Assembly (NCBI GenBank): GCA_038087875.1
Contig: JAXLNO010005151.1
Coordinates: 186,001 to 250,000 of the forward strand
Direction: 5' to 3'
DNA from: Malacoraja senta
Lineage: Eukaryota
Length of the DNA stretch: 64,000 nt
The notes beneath the pieces were generated by a model. It saw only the letters and a list, made by a program, of their open reading frames with translations. It made no database searches and had not been told where the DNA came from. Position 1 is the first letter of the stretch. Each line of letters begins with the position of its first letter. The position numbers and the translations under genes are program-made. Positions 1 to 13,243 of the stretch are shown one piece after another.

Positions 1-494
1 GGTGTCTGCTGCCATGTGCGGCAACAGGCAGTGGATAGGACTGTTCGGTACTTTGTAACTTTGTCTGCGCCAACACATGACGACATATTTGTACTGCCTA
101 GGTTCAGTTTAATTTATTGTCACGTGTACCGAGATACAGTGAAAAGCTTTTTGTTGCTTACTAACCAGTCAGTAGAAAGACAATACATGATTACAATCAA
201 TGCATTTACAGTGTAGAGACACATGATAAAGGAATAATGTTTAATGCAAGGTGAAGCCAGCAAAGTCCGGTCAAGGATAGACTGAGGTTGTGTGGAAAAC
301 AAAGCATTTCACTATACACAGATACCTTGGGTACATGTGACAATAGAGTATCATTCAATCATTCTTTCATTCATCAGTCCTATTCCTCCCAATTTATTTT
401 CCATATAACACTGGCACCCATGGCCGCCAATGCTCCTTTGATTTTCTTTGCCATTTACGTGTGTTGATCTGGCTAATGGGTTTTGTGAAGTACA

Positions 495-795
495 GCACAG
501 TGGTGCAATGGTAGAGAGTTGCTGCCTCATAGCGCCAGAGACCCAGGTTCAATCCTGACTTCAGGTCTGTCTATGTGGAGTTTGCACATTTTCACTGTGG
601 GTTTCCTCCAGGTGTTCCGGTTTCCTCCCACAACCCAAAGGCATGCAGCTTTGTAGGTTAATTGGCCTATGTAAATTGCCCCTAGTGTATAAAGAGTGGA
701 CAAGAAAGTGGAATAACTAGAGTGAATGGGAGATCAATGGTCAGCATGGACTCAGTGGGCCGAAAGGCCTGTTTCCGCTATAACTCTAAACTAAC
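495..795 (+). mobile_element. tRNA-derived V-SINE (HE1-like)
   Basis: tRNA-like head (gcacagtggtgcaatggtag...ggttcaatcc), V-domain-like core gggtttcctccaggtgttccggtttcctcccac, and a ctaaa-type tail. Confidence 0.8.
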
Positions 796-1870
796 CTTAA
801 AACCCACTAAAATTACTGATTTATTGCAAGTAGCTAGATTCAAAACTATTTAAACTACTGAAGACGGGTCCTGACTCAAAACATTACCTGTCCATTCCAG
901 CCACAGATGCTGCCTGACTCACTGAGTTCCTCCAGTATTTCATTGCTCAAGATTCCAACATATCTTGATATATAACTACTTGTTTGAATAACACTGTTGT
1001 TTGGTATTTTTATGATCTTTTTACGGTAGAATTGCATGCTGAAATGTTCATACCTTGAACATAGTTGAAAAGGATAGTAATTCATTAATGCATGCAGGAA
1101 TAGTATTATTAAAATTGACTTTAGTAAAATACCGAATACACTGGCAATATGCAGTAGGTCAGGCCGCATCTGTGGGCAGGAAAGCAGAGCTAATGTTTCA
1201 GGCCAGAGACCCTTCAGGACTGGGAAGGAGGAGAAAGAAGAAAGGAGGAACTGAAGATGCTGGTTAACATAAAAAGATACAGTGTTGGAATAACTCAGTG
1301 GGACAGGCAGCATTACTGGAGAGCGTGGGATGCTAAGGTTTTGGGTCAGGACCATTCTTCAAACTGATTGTGGGGGTAAATAAAGTTAGAAGAGAGGAGG
1401 GGCAGAACAAAGTATGGCAGATGATAGGTGATAGATACCAAAATGAGAGAGCAGTCCTGAACTACTATCTGCATCATTGGTGACCCTCGTACTTTCTTTG
1501 ATCGGACTTTACTGGCTTTACCTTGCACTAAATGTTATTCCCTCATCATGTATCTCTACACTGTAAATTGTTAGTTTGTAATCATGTATTGTCTTTACGC
1601 TGACTGGTTAGCAGGCAACAAAAGCTTTTCACTGTACCTCTGTACACGTAACAATAAACTAAACTAAAATGTTGCAGAGAGGATTTTCCGACAGGCAAAT
1701 GATTGGACAAAGGCCAGAGATGAAAAGACAAAAGGAATTAAAGAATGGTGAATTGTGAAAATAGAGGAATGGATGAACGGGACGGGGGAGGGCAGAAATA
1801 GATGCAAGTCCAGATGGGGCACAGGGGAGGGCAAGAAATGGGGGGGTAGGTTACCTAAAATTCTCATCAC

Positions 1871-2730
1871 TTCCCACCCAAACCATCGCATCCCAGGTAA
1901 TCTCCCCTGCAACTGCGGATGTAACATCTATTCCTGTACCTCCTCTGTGGTCTGCCCCGAGGGACCACAGCAGCCCTTCTAGGTGAGACGAGGTTCATGT
2001 ACACCTTCTCTAAACTGATCTATTGCATCCGGTGTTCCCAATGTGGCCTTCTGTATATCGACGAGACCAAGCATTGACTCCACGACCATTTCGCCGAAAA
2101 TATGCACTTGATCTGCCATGGACTTCTGCACTGGATCTCCTGGTTGCTAACCATTTGAACTTCCTTTCCCATTGCCATATTGACCTTTCTGTTTTGGGTC
2201 TCCTCCATTGCCAGTGTGAGGTCACATGCAAACAGCCCCTAACATTCTTCTTGGGTAGCTTTCAACCTGATGGTGTGAACATTGAACTCGCCAAATTTAG
2301 GAAACCTAAGCCCTACTCTCCTCCTCCTCCCCTTTCTCCCCCACACCCATATTTCTCCCCACTGTTGCCCCCCTCCCCTGTAGCCCACCTGGACTAGCAC
2401 CTATTTCCCTCCTCATCCCCTTCCTTCTAAATTTGCCATTTGCAACTTTTCAATTATTTTGTTGCGCACCTTCTGTATTTTTAACTCTGGCCCTTGTCCA
2501 ATAATCTCCCTATCAACTCCCCCCATTACCGCCTCCTCACCTATGTCCACATATTACCTGCCCCTCCTTTCATCCAGTTAATTTCATCTCCCCCTCCCCC
2601 TTCCCCCTCTACAATGCCCATACCAACCCGCCCCCCAACCTCCCACAATTAGTCTGAAGAAGGATCCTGTTCCACAACACCACATATCCATGTTTTCCAA
2701 TGATACTGCCTGACCCGTCGAGTTGTCCCA
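1871..2730 (+). mobile_element. Degenerate Penelope-like element 3' part (GIY-YIG remnant, pyrimidine-rich UTR, tail)
   Basis: Reading resembles ...VANHLNFLSHCHIDLSVLGLLHCQ...FQPDGVNIE, like the PLE ORF at 9595-10179. Ends in a ctgaagaagg core plus tail. Confidence 0.7.
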
Positions 2731-3306
2731 GCACTTTGTGTCTTTTTCCAGGAGAAAAAAAAGAAGCATGTTAAGCTGCAGGAAGTGTGGGGGAGGGAGA
2801 ATGTCTTTCAATGATAGACACAGAAAGCTGGAGTAACTCAGCGGGACAGGCAGCATCTCTGGAGAGAAGGAATGGGTAACGTTTCGGGTCGAGACCCCTT
2901 TTCAGACTTTCCAAGCCTTATCTGGTAGAATTTAATGAGATAGACATCTGTTTGTGGTCGAATGCATTATCTGAAAGCTGAATGTAAATTGTACTGTTAA
3001 GGCTTTACAATATGTCATTGGTAAAAATGTGCATGGATTGAGCATATGGGCTTAATTGTCCTCCTGCTTTGAAGGAAAGCTCACAGCGTGTCTCAATTGC
3101 ATGTCAACCTAGTATCATAAAAACAACTACTGTAGGAACTCAGGTGGTAGAGGAACATCTTTGTAAGAAGGAACTGCAGATGCTGGTTTACACTGAAGAT
3201 AGACACAAAATGCTGGAGTAACTCAGTGCAGCATTTCTGGCAAAAAGAAATAGGTGACATTTCAGGTTGAGACCTTTCCTCACATCTTCAAGAGTCAAGA
3301 GTATTA

Positions 3307-4053
3307 TAGACAATAGACAATAGGTGCAGGAGTAGGCCGTTCGGCCCTTCGAGCCAGCACCACCATTCAATGTGATCATGGCTGATCGTCCCCAATCAGT
3401 ACCCCGTTCCTGCCTTCTCCCCATATCGCCTGACTCCGCTATTTTTAAGAGCCCTATCTAGCTCTCTCTTGAAAACATCCAGAGAACCTGCCTCCACCGC
3501 CCTCTGAGGCAGAGAATTCCACAGACTCACCACTCTCTCTGATAAAAAGTGTTTCCTCGTCTCCGTTCTAAATGGCTTACTCCTTATTCTTAAACTGTGG
3601 CACCTGGTTCTGGACTCCCCCAACATCGGGAACATGTTTCCTGCCTCTAGCGTGTCCAAGCCCTTAACAATCTTATATGTTTCAATGAGATCCCCTCTCA
3701 TCCTTCTAAACTCCAGAATGTACAAGCCCAGCTGCTCCATTCTCTCAGCATATGACAGTCCCGCCATCCCGAGAATTAACTTTGTAAACCTACGCTGCAC
3801 TCCCTCGATAGCAAGAATGTCCTTCCTCAAATTAGGGGACCAAAACTGCACACAATACTCCAGGTGTGGTCTCACTGGGGCTCTGTACAACTGCAGAACG
3901 ACCTCTTTGCTCCTATATTTGATTCCTCTTGTTATAAAGGCCAACATGCCATTCGCTCTCTTCACTGCCTGCTGTACCTGCATGCTTACTTTCATAGACT
4001 GATGTACAAGGACCCCCAGATCCCGTTGTACTTCCCCTTTTCCCAACTTGACT
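3307..4053 (-). mobile_element. CR1-type LINE 3' fragment
   Basis: ORF 3396-4118 encodes a CR1 RT C-terminus (RPHLEYCVQFWSP, RRMRGDLIETYKI). (gacaata)n tail. Confidence 0.9.
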
Positions 4054-4221
4054 CCAGTTAGATAGTGTTTTATTGTCATATGTCCCAGATAGGACAATGA
4101 AATTCTTACTTGCTGCACAACAGAAGGGAATGAAATTTGGAGGGAATTAAGTTTTTCACAATGATTTTTAACTGGTACAGTAAGTCACTTCTATTATTCA
4201 TAAACCATTTGCTGGAGTCTG

Positions 4222-5914
4222 TAGCAATGTTACAAAATTTTGAGATTTTAAAAATCAAGTCTGCAATTTATCCCATCAGATAAAGCATAAAAGAAGTTTA
4301 ATTTGACACCTAATTCACTTTCATATCTTCAGTATTAAAAAAGTTATGGCCATTTTCATACTCGTAAATTAGTATCTTGTTCCCTATTGCTTTTCCATTG
4401 ACTTAACACAAAAGCTGTGATCGAGGACAGTCAAAAGCCCATAACGTTCTTAGAAATTAAAGGCCTGTCTCACGAGTTTGCGATCATTGGCGGTGAAACA
4501 GGAAGTATCTACCGCTCGTGGACCGCCAGAGACCGCGGGTTCGGTCAAACGCACTCTGCCGGGGCCGTGCGGCGTTGGTCCCAACACCGCACGGTGCTCA
4601 CAAAAAACCAACAATGTTGAAAAATCTTTTCCTACCGCACAGCCGCCGCCAGCGAGGCACAAGTGCAGCACGGGCACCGCCACTGCCGCCGCCAGTGCAG
4701 CACGAGCGCCGTGAGTCCAACTTTCACCGCCACAGCCGCCGCCAGTGAGGCAAGTGTGCGGCACGGGCACCGCCACAGCCGCCGCCAGTGAGGCACGTGT
4801 GCGGCACGGGCACTGCCACAGCCGACGTCACAGCGCCGCGATCACCACTACCGCCGCCACAGCCCCGCGATACGAAATGACGTCATCGCGTAGCGCGTCG
4901 CATTGCGCGATAATGTCATAGCGTAGCGCGTCGCGTTGCGTGATGTCGTCATCACCCGACGCCGCAGGCTCGTGGAACCGGCCGTAAGGAGATCACTCGG
5001 CCCCCGCGCAGCATCCGTGCGGCGCTCTCGCGGTTGTCATGCGGTCCCCTCTTCCGGCGACGCCGCGCTTCACCGCCAATGACCGCAAACCTGTGGGACA
5101 GAGCCTTAAAGAGAACTTAATGAAATTTTCAGTTATTATAGATTGAAGCATTCTGAAACAAATATGAAACAATCTTACTTAGATGACCTGAAATTAAAGC
5201 ATATAATTAGTTAGTTACCCAATTGTAGCTAATTACAAAATTCAATTACTAGATCTAAATATCTATCCATTTCTTAAGAAAAAGTTAACATTTTTAAAAA
5301 GCCTAAGTGCCCAAATAACATTCACACAAGAATTCACAATAAAACATTATTTTTTAATCTCATTGTCATTAATTTATAGGCCAAATGGAAGGAATTTAGT
5401 GTTTAATTCCTGTAAATTAATGGCCATTTAAATCATCTTGCGAGTGGGATTTTGTGGAACGCGCTGGTTTGGAACGTTGCGGTTACACTGAATTAAACCC
5501 CAATATCGGCAGGAAAAATACTGCCGGTTGGTATATTTACATAATCACATTTTCGCAACTTGAAATTTTTATTAAAGGCATCCTAAGAAGCAAGTTTATA
5601 TGAAAAAATAAACGGTGTACCTTGCCTTGTCCCGTGCGTGAAATCCGTCCCGTTGTCGGCGTTGACGGCATTTGAAGATGATTTTAATTTTACTCCAACA
5701 ATTAAATTATAAAGCGCTAATTTTAATAAACTTAATAAAACGGCAGTCGAAGCGATTTTTCTTCATCAACTATTTAACCTGTTCAAGATCGTTTAGAACA
5801 GGCTGCCGAAATATCGCATTTTAAACTCGCCCCCCTCTCAAAGGCGCCAAAGTCGCGCACACGGGCAGTGACAGAACTGCAGCGCCGCTGAAGGAAAGTT
5901 TTGTAACATACCTA
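4222..5914. mobile_element. Candidate non-autonomous TIR DNA element, family unassigned
   Basis: tagcaatgttacaaaa at 4222 versus the reverse complement of ttttgtaacataccta at 5899-5914 (14/16). Flanks gagtctg/gagtatg resemble a degraded TSD. No ORF. Confidence 0.45.
4461..5106. mobile_element. PIF/Harbinger-type MITE with internal ~43-bp GC-rich tandem repeats
   Basis: ~38-bp TIRs (aggcctgtctcacgagtttgcgatcattggcggtgaa / ttcaccgccaatgaccgcaaacctgtgggacagagcct). TAA on both sides (4458-4460, 5107-5109). Confidence 0.8.
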
Positions 5915-6030
5915 GAGTATGTAGTAATATTTTCAAAACAATATTTGAAATGACATAAGACCAAGACTGCATGAGAAGTCATCTTCTGATACAGTTTAGG
6001 ATTTGGCAGGAAATGCTAAAAATATGGTTT

Positions 6031-6324
6031 GGCACGGTGGTGCAGTGGCTGATCTGCTGCCTTACAGCGCAAGGACCCGGGTTTGATCCTGACTACGGTT
6101 TCAGTCTGCAAGGAGTTTGTACGTACTTCCTATTACAGGCGCAGGTTTCCTCCGGGTGCTCCGGATTCCTCCCACACTCCAATGACATACCAATTTGCTC
6201 AGTAAAATTCTAAATTGTCCCAAGCGTGCATAGAATAGTGATAGTGTGCGGGGATCGCTGGTCGGCGAGGATTCGGTGGGCTGAAGGACCGGTTTCTGCA
6301 CTGTATCTCTAAATTAAACTAAAT
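6031..6324 (+). mobile_element. V-SINE (HE1-like)
   Basis: Same head, core and tail as 495-795. Confidence 0.8.
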
Positions 6325-6957
6325 ACCCAGAAAGCAAGGAAAAGTTCAAGCCTAAGGAGAGGAAATCTGAATTCACGTTCTAGACCTTCATCATTTAATT
6401 TGGCAACTAAATTGTTGCAACTCTATTTACCTCCACAGATGCTGTTGGATCATTTCCAACATGTTATATTTCTGTGTCAAGTTTATAGCAACATGTCATT
6501 ATTTTACCTTATTTTCCACTGAAAATGGAAAGGTTGTTTGATAGATTTGTAATGTAATCATAGCCTAGAACATGGGTCTTTTGCTGATTAATATTGAGAG
6601 TCGAGTCCAGCAATACATTCCTCAGGGCTTGAGCAATTGTGCTCTTGACCTGCTGTGAATTTATCAGAGAGAAGAGTAAGGATGTGTAAAAGTGTAGTTA
6701 TGCCGGCTGAAGTATGTACATTTTTGAGATGGTAGAGAAAATGGGAAGATGAATCACTTCTGTTCAGAAGACATTTAACAAGGTTACACTTAAAGTGTTT
6801 ATAAACATTTGTGAGGTAGGATCAGGTTATTTGACTGGAAGGTAATTTTCCCCAAGTGAATGTGGGTGGTGGGAAAATTGAGAGAGGAGATTAATTGGAA
6901 TGTGAGATTTACATGGAAACATAGAAAATACTGTAGGTGCAGGAGTAGGCACGTAAG

Positions 6958-7410
6958 CCAGACCCGTTTAACCCCCTGGAGATGGTCTGTAGTGATACCT
7001 TCTAACGAGGTTTTATGTAACTAACAATATTGCTAGTTCAGAGTCTATAAGGCTCTTAGGGACCTTAACATTCTGGTGTAGATGTGTGACCCCACACAAC
7101 CCAAGGTCCATGGGATATGCAAACATCTAGTTTGACCTTATGCCCCTGGTCTACTCTGCTTGACTAAGTCATAAACATAAAACCTTATTATTGCCCGCAG
7201 ATCTTCCTATCCAGTGTTAACTTATGCAATGACTGGACCCGTTGCGCTGAACTCAGCGCCATGAGCATAATCACTAGTAAGTGAGTTTGACCAAGGACAG
7301 GGATGTAGCTGGAGCCCACCGGCGAATTGACGTAGCACAATGTTAACAACCCATATCTCTACGTCCCTAGGCCTGGGAGGTTTTGAGTTGAAGATACCCT
7401 TCATAATCTA
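6958..7410 (-). pseudogene. Isolated DIRS tyrosine-recombinase fragment
   Basis: MKGIFNSKPPRPRDVEIWVVNIVLR matches LMKGIFNSKPPKPRYMTIWDVSVVLK in the DIRS element at ~49600-49700. Confidence 0.7.
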
Positions 7411-7717
7411 GATGTCAGAAGGTGAAGACTGCGCCAGCACGCATGCTGATCATCCAAAATCAGTACCCCGTTCCTGCTTTTTACCCATACCCTTGATTCC
7501 ATTAGCCCTAAGAGCTAAATCTAACTCTATCTTGAAAACATCCAGTGAATTGGTCTCCACTGCCTTCTGTGGCAGAGAAGACCACAGATATACAACTCTC
7601 TGGGTGAAAACGTTTTTCCTTATCTCATTCCTAAATGGTCTATCCCTTATTTTTAAACTATGACACAAGTTTCTGTGTTCGATGACTTTATTCTCCTCAG
7701 TGATTTGGTGCACACGT

Positions 7718-8075
7718 TAATAGTTTAGTTTAGAGATATAGAGCAGAAACAGGCCCTTTGGCCCACCGAGTCTGCACCGGACAGCGATTTCCACACCTTA
7801 ACGCTACCCTACACACAAACCTGGGACAATTTAATATTTACACCAAGCCCATTAACCTATAAACATGTATGTCTTTGGAGTGTGGGAGGAAATCGATGGT
7901 CTTGGAGAAAACCCATGCAGATCACAGGGAGAACGTACAAACTCCATACAGACAGCACCTATAGTTAGGATCGAACCCGGGTCTCTGGCACTGTGAGGCA
8001 GTCACTCTACCAGGTCTACAGAACCTGGGTCTCTGGCACTGTGAGGTAGTCACTCTACCTCTACTGCACCATGCC
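7718..8075 (-). mobile_element. V-SINE (HE1-like) with small internal tandem duplication
   Basis: Reverse complement of the SINE consensus seen elsewhere. gggtctctggcactgtgagg occurs twice. Confidence 0.75.
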
Positions 8076-8096
8076 ACCCATAATAGTGCTGCCCAA

Positions 8097-9010
8097 AAGT
8101 CAAGAGAGTTTTATTGTCATGTGTCCCAGATAGGACAATGAATTCTTGCTTGCTGCAGCACAACAGAATATGTAAACATAATACAGAGATAAAAGTTCAG
8201 TGTGTCTATATACCATAGACCATATATATATATACAATAAATAAACATTTAAAGTGCAATAGGCTGTTATTGTTCAGAGTTTGTTTGATGTCGTGTTTAA
8301 TAGCCTGATGGCTGTGGGGAAGAAGCTGTTCTTGAACCTGGATGTTCCAGATTTCAAGCTCCTGCACCTTCTTCCTGATGGCAACGGAGAGATGAGTGTG
8401 TGGCCAGGATGGTGCGGGTCTGTTGGCAGCCAGTTTGAGGCAGCGACTGCGATGGATCCCTTCGATGGAAGGGAGGTCAGAGCCGAAGATGGACTGGGCA
8501 GTAGTCACAAACTTTGTGGATTCTTTTCCGCTCCTGGACGTTCAAGTTGCCGAACCCAGCCACGATGCAACCAGTCAGCATGCTCTCTACTGTGCACCTG
8601 TAGATGTCCGAGAGAGTCCTCCTTGACATACCAACTCTCCGTAAACTTCTCAGGAAGTAGAGGCGCTGCTGTGCCTTCTTTATGATTGCATCAGTGTGTT
8701 GGGACCTGGAAAGATCTTCGGAAATACGCACGCCCAGGAATTTGAAGTTCTTGACCCTTTCCACCATCGTCCCGGGATATAAACGGGATTGTGGGTTCCT
8801 ATCCTACCTCTTCCAAAGTCCACAATCAGTTCCTTGGTTTTACTGGTGTTGAGGGCCGGGTTATTGTGCTGGCACCATTTGGTCAATCGGTCGATCTCAC
8901 TAATATACTCTGACTCATCACCATCAGTGATTCGTCCCACAACAGTGGTGTCGTCGGCGAACTTGATGATGGAGTTCGGACTACGTCTGGCTACGCAGTC
9001 ATGAGTTTAG
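8097..9010 (-). mobile_element. Rex1/Babar-like LINE 3' fragment
   Basis: Minus-strand ORFs: VKNFKFLGVRISEDLSRSQHTDAIIKKAQQRLYFLRSLRR and LTKWCQHNNPALNTSKTKELIVDF. Confidence 0.8.
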
Positions 9011-9354
9011 AGTGAGTACAGAAGAACAGTTTTCTTGTTTTTCAGTCATCAATATTCTCACTAGAATGGGCCATAAAAAAGTACTTCCTGTGGAAAAAGT
9101 TCAGTAACTTGGGGGAAAAATATTTAAACTAATTGGTCAACTAAATTGTAAAAGACAATGTGAAAAGAATACACATGTGATCCATGAACTAGTTCAAAGA
9201 GCTGCCTTGCCTCAGGCACCATCCACTGAATGCTGCCGAGTGGTGTATTGTGGAATACTTTGTAAGATTGCATGGAATAAAAATATACATCAATCATAAT
9301 TAATTTAAATGGCACAGAGGATGCCAGGTTTTATTTACACTCTGTTGTGTTAAA

Positions 9355-11552
9355 GAAGGAACTGCAGATGCTGGAAAATCGAAGGTACACAAAAATGCTG
9401 GAGAAACTCAGCGGGTGCAGCAGCATCTGTGGAGCGAAGGAAATAGGCAACTTTTCGGGCCGAAACCCTTCTTCAGACTGAAAGGGGGTGGGGAGAAGAA
9501 AGGAAAAAATGAAAAAAGGCGGAGGAGGAGCCCGAGGGCTGGGGGAGGGGAGGAGACAACCAGAGGGCTGATGGAGGGGAGGGGACAGCAAGGGCTAGCA
9601 GAGTTGGGAGAATTCAATGTTCAAGCTACCAGGATGTAGACTACCCAAGCGGAATATGAGGTGCATTTCCTCCAATTTACGGTGTTGCTCGCTGTGGCCA
9701 TGGAGGAGACCCAGGACAGAGAGGTCAGATACGGAATGGGAGGGGGAGTTGAAGTGCTGAGCCACCGGGAGGTCAAGTTGGTTATTGCGGACCGACCGGA
9801 GGTGTTCGTCGAAACGATCGCCAAGCCTCTGCTTGGTCTCACCGATGTAGATCAGCTGGCATCTAGAGCAGCGGATGCAATAGATGAGGTTGGAGGAGAT
9901 GCAGGTGAACCTCTGTCGCACCTGGAACGACTGCTTGGGTCCTTGGATGGAGTCGAGGGGGGAGGTGAAGGGACAAGTGTTGCATCTCTTGCGGTTGCAA
10001 GGGAAAGTACCCGGGGAGGGGGTGGTACGGGAGGGAAGGGAAGAATTGACAAGGGAGTTACGGAGGGAGCGGTCTTTGCGGAAGGCAGACATGGGGGGAG
10101 ATACATAGATACATAGAAAATAGGTGCAGGAGTAGGCCATTCGGCCCTTCGAGCCTGCACCGCCATTCAATATGATCATGGCTGATCATCCAACTCAGTA
10201 TCCCGTACCGGCCTTCTCTCCATACCCCCTGATCCCCTTAGCCACAAGGGCCACATCTAACTCCCTCTTAAATATAGCCAATGACCTGGCCTCAACTACC
10301 CTCTGTGGCAGAGAGTTCCAGAGATTCACCACTCTCTGTGTGAAAAAGTTTTTCCTCATCTCGGTCTTAAAGGATTTCCCCCTTATCCTTAAGCTGTGAC
10401 CCCTTGTCCTGGACTTCCCCAACATCGGGAACAATCTTCCTGCATCTAGCCTGTCCAACCCCATAAGAATTTTGTACGTTTCTATAAGATTCCCTCTCAA
10501 TCTCCTAAATTCTAGCGAGTATAAGCCAAGTCTATCCAGTCTTTCTTCATATGAAAGTCCTGACATCCCAGGAATCAGTCTGGTGAACCTTCTCTGCACT
10601 CCCTCTATGGCTATAATGTCCTTCCTCAGATTTGGAGACCAAAACTGTACGCAATACTCCAGGTGTGGTCTCACCAAGACCCTGTACAACTGCAGTAGAA
10701 CCTCCCTGCTCCTATACTCAAATCCTCTTGCTATGAAGGCCAACATACCATTCGCTTTCTTCACTCCCTGCTGCACCTGCATGCCCACTTTCAATGACTG
10801 GTGTACCATGACACCCAGGTCTCGCTGCATCTCCCCATTTCCTAATCGGCCACCATTTAGATAATAGTCTGCCTTCCCGTTCTTGCCACCAAAGTGGATA
10901 ACCTCACATTTATCCACATTATACTGCATCTGCCAAACATTTGCCCACTCACCCAGCCTATCCAAGTCACCTTGCAGTCTCCTAGCATCCTCCTCACAGC
11001 TAACACTGCCCCCCAGCTTAGTGTCATCCGCAAACTTGGAGATGTTGCTTTCAATTCCCTCGTCCAGATCATTAATATAAATTGTAAATAGCTGGGGTCC
11101 CAGCACTGAGCCTTGCGGTACCCCACTAGTCACTGCCTGCCATTGTGAAAAGGACCCGTTTACTCCTACTCTTTGCTTCCTGTTTGCCAGCCAGTTCTCT
11201 ATCCACATCAATACTGAACCCCCAATACCGTGTGATTTAAGTTTGTATCTTAAATCACACGGGAAGATGTGGCGAGTGGTGGGGTCACGTTGGAGGTGGC
11301 GAAACTGACGGAGGATCACTTGTTGTATGTGACGGCTGGTGGGGTGAAAGGTGAGGACTAGGGGGACTCTGCCCTTGTTGTGAGTGGGGGGATGGGGAGA
11401 GAGAGCAGTGTTGCGGGGTATGGCAGAGACCCTGGTGCGAGCCTCATCTATGGTGGAGGAGGGGAACCCCCGTTCCCTGAAGAATGAGGACACTTCAGAT
11501 GCCCTGGTGTGGAACGCCTCATCCTGGGAGCATATGCGGCGTAGACGGAGGA
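9355..11552 (-). mobile_element. Penelope-like retroelement (GIY-YIG endonuclease) interrupted by a CR1 insertion
   Basis: CNTCPF...NLIYCIRCSRCQLIYIGETKQRLGDRFDEH...VAQHFN is a GIY-YIG domain. The upstream PLE part (ERGFPSSTIDEA...RVPLVLTFHP) resumes after 11261. Confidence 0.88.
10105..11261 (-). mobile_element. CR1-type LINE 3' fragment nested in the PLE
   Basis: RT motifs GVPQGSVLGP and KFADDTKL in ORF 10195-11493, which is a PLE/CR1 chimera. (acatag)n tail. Confidence 0.9.
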
Positions 11553-11620
11553 ATGTTTACACTCTATTTGGAGACACAGAACAAAGAAGTGTCTGACCCA
11601 AAACATCATCTGTCCATTCC

Positions 11621-11950
11621 AGACTGCAGGACTACGTGCTGAGGGACTCACTGGAGCTTGTTGCAGCCAACACCAAGGCTCAGTGGGGGTCTACAGTCTA
11701 GGGTCCTTCGTGGCAATACATTGGGGGGCTGCAACTGGTGAAGATGCCCCTCAAACAAGGGAAGGGCTATTAACCCAGGAGGGCTATACGAGTGCCAAGG
11801 GTGCTTGATATAAGGGTAGTTTGTGAACACAACCAAAAATAACCGTAATTAATTCATGTGTGGACACTGAGAATGGCAGAAATGTTGTTTGCCCTGTTCT
11901 TATTTTGTATACATTTCATTATTCTGAATAATATTTATCCTTGGTGGGGA
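11621..11950 (+). mobile_element. Tx1/L1-like 3' end inserted into a PLE tail
   Basis: Reads DYVLRDSLELVAANTKAQWG, resembling a Tx1-type ORF2 C-terminus, then an AT-rich UTR. The PLE tail stops at ...cattcc and resumes at ~11953. Confidence 0.55.
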
Positions 11951-12341
11951 AAACATCCCTCCAGATATTACCTGACCTGCTGAGTCCCTGCAGCCCTTTG
12001 TGTTTTGCAGTGGATAGTATATATGATGTGGATGTGAATATTGGTGGTTTGATTAGTAGGTTTACAGATGACATGTACATTGAAGAAGGTTGTCTATGGA
12101 TCCAGTGGGATACAGATTAGCTAGAGAGCTGGATGGAGCAATAGCAGAAGGAATGTAATCGAGACATGTGTGAAGTTGTGCGTGTCGGCATGTCATGTTC
12201 TGGTAGGACATAAACGGTAAGAACCTGAGGGGTGTTAATATACAGAGTGTCCTTGGGTTGCAAGTTCATTGATACGTGAAAATGCCTACAAGGGTAGACA
12301 GGAAAGCAAAAAATGCACTTTGGCATGTTTGTCCACTTAGA

Positions 12342-12930
12342 CAGAGAAACATATAAAATTGGTGCAGGAGTAGGCCATTTGGCCCTTCAAGCCAGCACCA
12401 CCATTCAATCTGGTCATGGCTGATCAACCAGAATCAGTACCCTGTTCCTGCTTTCTCCCCATATCCCTTGATTTCGTTAACCCTAAGAGCTAACTCTCTC
12501 TTGAATATATTCAGTGAATTGGTCTCCGCTGCCTTCTGTGGCAGAGAATTCCACAGATTCACAACACTCTGGGTGAAAAGGTTTTCCCCATCTCAATCCT
12601 AAATGGCCTACCCCTTATTCGTAAACTGTGACCCCTGGTTCTGGACTCCCCCAACATTGAGAATATTTTTCCTGCATCTAGTCTGTCAAATCCGTTATTA
12701 GTATTCTATTTCTATCAGATCCCCTCTCATCCTTCTGAATTCCAGTGAATATAATCCCAGTCGATTCATTCTTTTATTATATGACAGTCCCGCCATCCCG
12801 GGAATTAACCTGGTGAACTTTGCTGCACTCCTTCAATAGCAAGAATGTCCTTCCTCAAACTAGGCGACCAAGACTGCACAAAATACTCCAGGTGCAGTCT
12901 CACCAAGGCCCTGTATAACTGAATAGACTC
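12342..12930 (-). mobile_element. CR1-type LINE 3' fragment
   Basis: Same 3' UTR and RT end as 3307-4053. Confidence 0.85.
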
Positions 12931-13243
12931 TGGCATCAAGTATATGAGTTGAGAAATCAAACAAAACATTGGTTAGGCTGCACATGGAGTATTGTGTAGA
13001 GTTCTGATCGCTCCACTACTAACATTACTGTGCGGGGATCACTGGTTGGCGTGGGCCGAAGGGCCTGTTTCTGCAATGTATCTCTGAACTAAAAAGGATG
13101 TGATGGCATCAAAAATAGTGCAGAAGGGTTTTGCCAGGTTGTTGCCTGGAATAGAGGTCTGGTGTTATGTGAAGAGATTGGATAAGCTGCATTTATTCTC
13201 ACTAGAATGCAGGAGTGAAATAATGAGGGCTATAGATTGTGTC

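Noticed and set aside
4417-4776. Ala/Gly-rich ORFs in GC-rich DNA
   Set aside because: They come from internal tandem repeats of a MITE; the same applies to the GC-rich ORFs at 23641-24126 and 36045-36709.
11873-11950. Hydrophobic ORF MAEMLFALFLFCIHFIIL as the MHC leader exon
   Set aside because: It lies in the AT-rich 3' UTR of a Tx1-like insert and has no good phase-1 donor. No leader exon was identified in the window.
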